Assembly: GCA_963817385.1 (NCBI GenBank) | Contig: CAWFOM010000005.1 | Coordinates: forward strand, 160,001-224,000 | DNA: 64,000 nt | Reading direction: 5' to 3' | Source: an uncultured delta proteobacterium | GTDB taxonomy: Bacteria > Desulfobacterota > Syntrophia > Syntrophales > UBA5619 | Shown: positions 59,954 to 64,000 of the stretch, piece by piece | Layout of the letters: every line of letters starts with the position of its first letter | Position numbering within the stretch: position 1 is the stretch's first letter | Made by a program: the position numbers and the translations under genes | The notes under the pieces: generated by a model | What the model saw: the letters and a program-made list of their open reading frames with translations, nothing else | What the model was told of the DNA's origin: nothing | Databases searched by the model: none

Positions 59954-61636
59954 ATGATTTTTCATGACATTGTGATCGTCGGCGGGGGGCTGACGGGGTT
60001 GATGGCCGCCGTGGAGGCGCCGCCCGGTACGGACGTGGCCGTCATCAGCAAGATCTATCCTACCCGCTCCCACAGCGGGGCCGCCCAAGGCGGTTTCAAC
60101 GCCGCCATGGGGGCGGATGATTCGGTGGAGAGCCACGTGTTCGACACGGTGAAGGGCGGCGACTATCTGGGGGATCAGGACGCCATTGAAGTGCTCTGTT
60201 CCGAAGGTCCGGAGGTGATCCGGCAACTGGAACAGATGGGCGTGCCCTGGTCCCGGACCCCGGACGGCCGCCCGGCCCAGCGTTCCCTGGGGGGCGCGGG
60301 CTTTCCCCGGGCGTGCTACGCCGCCGATATCTCCGGCCACGTGGTGCTCCACACCCTGTATGAGCGTGCGCTGGGCGCCGGGGTGCGCATCTACCCCGAG
60401 CGGCACCTGGTGGAACTGCTCCTGGAAGACGGCGCCCTGGCGGGGCTCCTGGTGTACGACCTCGCCACAGGGCGGCTGGAAGTGGTCCGCTGCCGGGTGG
60501 CGCTCCTGGCCACCGGCGGATACGGACGGATATTCCGCAAGACCACCAACGGCCACGCCAACACCGGGGACGGCACGGCCGTCGCCTACCGGGCGGGGGC
60601 CGTCCTGGCCGATATGGAGTTCGTGCAATTCCACCCCACCACCCTTTACGGCACCAACATCCTGATTTCCGAAGCGGCCCGGGGCGAGGGTGGCTACTTG
60701 CGCAACGCCTCCGGGGAGCGGTTCATGGCCCGGTACGCTCCGCAGAAGATGGAACTGGCGCCCCGGGACGTGGTTTCCCGCTCGATCTTCCAGGAAATCA
60801 AAGAAGGACGTGGGTTGGGCGACGGCTACATTGATCTTGATCTTACCCATCTGGGTCCGGACAAGATACTCCGGCAGCTGCCCCAGATAAATGACCTGTC
60901 CCACCTTTACGCGGCGGTGGACCCGGCCCAAACGCCGATCCCCATCGAGCCCGCCCAGCATTACAGCATGGGCGGCATCCGGGTCAACCTGGACTGCGAA
61001 ACCACTATCCCCGGGCTCTTGGCCGCCGGTGAAACGGCGAACGTAAGCGTGCACGGGGCCAACCGCCTGGGCGGCAATTCGCTCCTCGAAACGGTGGTGT
61101 TCGGCCGCCGGGCCGGCAGGCGCATGCTGGAGACGGCGAAGCGTCCAATCCCACCGCCCCCGCACGCTTCGCTGGATCTGGCCATGTCACGCTGGCGGGC
61201 CAATTTCGGCGCCGGCAAACCCCGCAAGCCGGGCGACTCCGCATCCGCGATACGCGGAGCCATGAACCGCATCATGACGGATAAAGTGGGAGTGTTCCGC
61301 ACCGGGGGGGAACTCCGGGAGGCCGTGGAGGATCTGGCCGCCCTGCGCCGCCGCTACGAGAAGCTGCGGGTCCCCGCCGGGGAGCGCCCCTTCAACAGCC
61401 AACTCATCGAACACCTGGAACTGGGCTGTCTGCTGGAACTCAGCGAGATTACCGCCGGAGCCGCCTGCAGGCGCACTGAGAGCCGCGGCGCGCACTACCG
61501 GCTCGACCACCCACGGCGAGATGATGCCAACTGGCTGAACCATACGTTGGTTCGGCGGGGCGGCGACGGGCAGCCGATGTATGAGGCCGGCCCCGTCACG
61601 ATCACCCGGCTCCAGCCCCAGGAAAGGGGGTACTGA
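59954..61636 (+). CDS. sdhA: Succinate dehydrogenase/fumarate reductase flavoprotein, second paralog
   Basis: [37 protein letters not shown]. Confidence 0.92.
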   Translation: MIFHDIVIVGGGLTGLMAAVEAPPGTDVAVISKIYPTRSHSGAAQGGFNAAMGADDSVESHVFDTVKGGDYLGDQDAIEVLCSEGPEVIRQLEQMGVPWSRTPDGRPAQRSLGGAGFPRACYAADISGHVVLHTLYERALGAGVRIYPERHLVELLLEDGALAGLLVYDLATGRLEVVRCRVALLATGGYGRIFRKTTNGHANTGDGTAVAYRAGAVLADMEFVQFHPTTLYGTNILISEAARGEGGYLRNASGERFMARYAPQKMELAPRDVVSRSIFQEIKEGRGLGDGYIDLDLTHLGPDKILRQLPQINDLSHLYAAVDPAQTPIPIEPAQHYSMGGIRVNLDCETTIPGLLAAGETANVSVHGANRLGGNSLLETVVFGRRAGRRMLETAKRPIPPPPHASLDLAMSRWRANFGAGKPRKPGDSASAIRGAMNRIMTDKVGVFRTGGELREAVEDLAALRRRYEKLRVPAGERPFNSQLIEHLELGCLLELSEITAGAACRRTESRGAHYRLDHPRRDDANWLNHTLVRRGGDGQPMYEAGPVTITRLQPQERGY

Positions 61637-61637
61637 T

Positions 61638-62288
61638 ATGCGGCTCACCTTGAACGTCACCCGTTTCGACCCGCAAGCCGACGACAAACCCTCCTGCCGA
61701 ACATACACCGTCGACTGGGAACGGCACGAAACCGTGCTGGATCTGCTCATGAGAGCGAGGCTTCAGGACCCCTCCCTGGCCTTCAGGCGCTCCTGCCGCA
61801 GCGGCATCTGCGGCTCCTGCGGTATGCACATCGGGGGCCGTTCCCGGCTTGCCTGCCAGACGCTGGTCCGGGAGGTGGCCGGCGACGGGGGCGGCCTGAG
61901 CATAACGCCGCTGCCGGGCTTCCGGCAGCTCAAAGATCTGGTGGTGGACATGGATCCATTCTTCGATGCGCTCAAGAGGGTGCTCCCCTGGGTCATCACG
62001 ATTCCGAACCATAACGGGCTGATTTCACCGGAGGATTCGGGGCTGATCGAGCCTCCCGCCACCTGCATCCTGTGCGGCGTCTGCGACGCCGAGGTGCATC
62101 CAGGCGGCAGGATTACCCCCGCCGCCCTGGTGAAAAACGTGCGGCTGGCGGTCGATCCCCGCGACGCCCTGGGGGGAGAGAGAATGAAGATCACCGGACT
62201 GTCACAAGAAGGACTGCACACGTTTAGGGAACTGCTCGCATCGGTCTGCCCCAAGGGGATCAAACTTCCTCCCGTGGCTCTGGAATAA
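61638..62288 (+). CDS. sdhB: SdhB/FrdB-like Fe-S subunit lacking third-cluster ligands
   Basis: SCRSGICGSC..LAC intact; CILCGVCDAEV and ...ASVCPKG degenerate. Confidence 0.8.
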   Translation: MRLTLNVTRFDPQADDKPSCRTYTVDWERHETVLDLLMRARLQDPSLAFRRSCRSGICGSCGMHIGGRSRLACQTLVREVAGDGGGLSITPLPGFRQLKDLVVDMDPFFDALKRVLPWVITIPNHNGLISPEDSGLIEPPATCILCGVCDAEVHPGGRITPAALVKNVRLAVDPRDALGGERMKITGLSQEGLHTFRELLASVCPKGIKLPPVALE

Positions 62289-62418
62289 AGTCGGGGTATC
62301 GAATCAGCGAGAAATGGGTCAATTTGAAATGGGCCGACGTAACGTAATCGGAAACCTTTCCCGAAAGCCTGATTATAGGATTCATCGATAGAGATCTCAG
62401 CGGGATCTGCAAACGTTA

Positions 62419-64000
62419 TTAAAGGTCTTTTATACTATCTCCGAGGTCCAGCTTTTTCAAGGTCTCCGCTATGGGTTTACCGGTTTTGGGATCCCATCCC
62501 ATGAGGGTGTAATAATTTTCAATCATCCAATCCCATTTTTCCATGATATTTACCCCTTTCGCCGGACCATCGACCGGTATTGATCCATAGCGGGCGGAAG
62601 GACGCTCCAGTTCTTTCTTGAGACCGTGCCGGACGTTGAACATCCTCAACTGGTTGATGATACGTAGCCCTAACGTAAAAGCGTCCTCAAGGGTCCAGTT
62701 CCAGCCGGTGACTGCATTAAAGCATGCCAAGACCATTTTCGGGGCAGGTGATGCCAGCCGGCAGATGCCGACACAATCGTCAAATTGCCGGATACCGTTG
62801 TATTTGGCGTTAAACGTGGAAATCTCTTCGTGTGAGAACTGATTCTCAACCGGCTCCATATTTACCAGCTCCGGTTGCACGCCCGCCCAGGTTGCCTCGA
62901 TGGTGCCGGTGTTGGATAAACACGTGTCCATCAGTTCGAACCATCGGGTCTTCCCCCGATGATCATGCCCTCTGGGAGCAGCGCCTTTTTGCGTATAGAC
63001 CGCCCAATCTGCCGCTTCTCCACCTACTGTTCGGGAAGCCCGCATCACCCCTTCAGCAAGCAAATTCCCGAGATATCCCTCTCTTTTGGCGATACGATTG
63101 AGAAGCTCCTTAACCGACTCCACCTTTCCCCAGGAAAGATCGAGGCCATCGGTATCCTTGGTAGTAAAGATGCCCTTCTCGAAGCATTCCATAGCCCAGC
63201 CGACGACCCAACTCGCTTCGTTACAATCTATCCCCAGTTTGTCCACCTCATTAGCGAGCATCACAACGGCGCCCAGGTCCGTGTTTCCGATTTGGGGGCC
63301 CCATGCCGAGAGTTGTTCATACTCAGGCTCTTCCCCAACAAACCCCGTGTAGGGACCTTCCGTGACGGTAGCTTCCTTGACGTGGGCAAGTCCGCATTTA
63401 TAACAGGGTTTAGAACGGATTTTAAAATGGGTTCTCAAATATTGACCGCTCATTCTCTCATGTTCGGGGAAAATGTTCGTGGTGTAATTCTTGACCGGCA
63501 GGGATCCATCAGCATGGATTCTCGAAAAACTTCCGCCGGTGCCCCATTGATAATACTGTCCGCCCGCGCGAGTCTTTGCATACTCGATCAGCTCTTTGGC
63601 TTTCTCCTTGAGCAATCCTGGATCGAGTACGCCGAAGGCGGGTTTTGCCCGGTACGCCACGACCGCTTTGAGATTTTTTGAACCCATCACCGCCCCGAGA
63701 CCGTTGTGCCCTGCCACGTGGCCTTCATCTCCCGTGATGCAGGCATAGCGAACCAAATTCTCGCCTGCGGGCCCAATGCCGTAAATGCTGACTTCCATCT
63801 TTTTTACCGCCAGATCGGATCGAATCTGACGCTCGGTGTCGCTGACATCCTTTCCTGCAAGATGTTCGGCATCATGAATCGTTGCGTTCCCGTCTTTGAT
63901 GACCACGTAGATCAGTTTCGGGGATTTGCCCCTGAATATGATCCCGTCGTATCCGGAAAATTTCAGATAAGCGCCGAAGAATCCATTTGCCTGAGACGAA
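62419..64000 (-). CDS. aor: Aldehyde:ferredoxin oxidoreductase family protein (5' end outside window)
   Basis: GYDGI, IGPAGE, GLGAVMGSKNLK, CYKC..H, PEYE, HDHR. Confidence 0.9.
   Translation of the reverse strand, partial: SSQANGFFGAYLKFSGYDGIIFRGKSPKLIYVVIKDGNATIHDAEHLAGKDVSDTERQIRSDLAVKKMEVSIYGIGPAGENLVRYACITGDEGHVAGHNGLGAVMGSKNLKAVVAYRAKPAFGVLDPGLLKEKAKELIEYAKTRAGGQYYQWGTGGSFSRIHADGSLPVKNYTTNIFPEHERMSGQYLRTHFKIRSKPCYKCGLAHVKEATVTEGPYTGFVGEEPEYEQLSAWGPQIGNTDLGAVVMLANEVDKLGIDCNEASWVVGWAMECFEKGIFTTKDTDGLDLSWGKVESVKELLNRIAKREGYLGNLLAEGVMRASRTVGGEAADWAVYTQKGAAPRGHDHRGKTRWFELMDTCLSNTGTIEATWAGVQPELVNMEPVENQFSHEEISTFNAKYNGIRQFDDCVGICRLASPAPKMVLACFNAVTGWNWTLEDAFTLGLRIINQLRMFNVRHGLKKELERPSARYGSIPVDGPAKGVNIMEKWDWMIENYYTLMGWDPKTGKPIAETLKKLDLGDSIKDL

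Noticed and set aside
1..64000. CRISPR array, tRNA, rRNA, riboswitch or transposase
   Set aside because: No regularly spaced repeats, cloverleaf/T-loop signatures, recognisable riboswitch cores or transposase motifs found by eye; an Rfam/tRNAscan run is needed to exclude divergent ones

Overview
Bacterial chromosomal window, most consistent with an anaerobic Desulfobacterota (Syntrophia-like) genome; this is inferred from gene content (korDABC, sucCD, tungsten-type AOR, TAXI-TRAP, TctABC, Sec decoding, palindromic intergenic elements). About 1-3.4 kb holds stress genes and gene remnants. About 3.5-15.5 kb is an accessory block bracketed by two diverged direct repeats. It contains a methanogen-type fused comDE, a Tat-exported dienelactone hydrolase, an anSME radical SAM enzyme, and a defence island (Fic, multi-domain McrBC, UDG-superfamily glycosylase, AIPR fragment). 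Next come rlpA, an Fe-S protein, a C-GCAxxG-C-C selenoprotein (in-frame TGA plus SECIS-like hairpin), a CoA-disulfide reductase-rhodanese, an M16 peptidase pair and norCB. These are followed by a carboxylate-catabolism cluster (TPP enzyme, CaiB, two CitE-like lyases, TctABC), korDABC-sucCD, and an operon joining succinate dehydrogenase to a Rieske/cytochrome b pair. The last third has a RAPP-motif leader ORF followed by micro-proteins, GH15-otsA (membrane-sensor fused)-otsB, a PrpD-family gene, an antiporter, TAXI-TRAP, a second anchor-less SdhAB lacking [3Fe-4S] ligands, and a partial AOR. Many genes carry single-base indels that look like long-read consensus errors. No CRISPR array, tRNA, rRNA or intact transposase was recognised. 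All family calls are by motif recognition, not database search.
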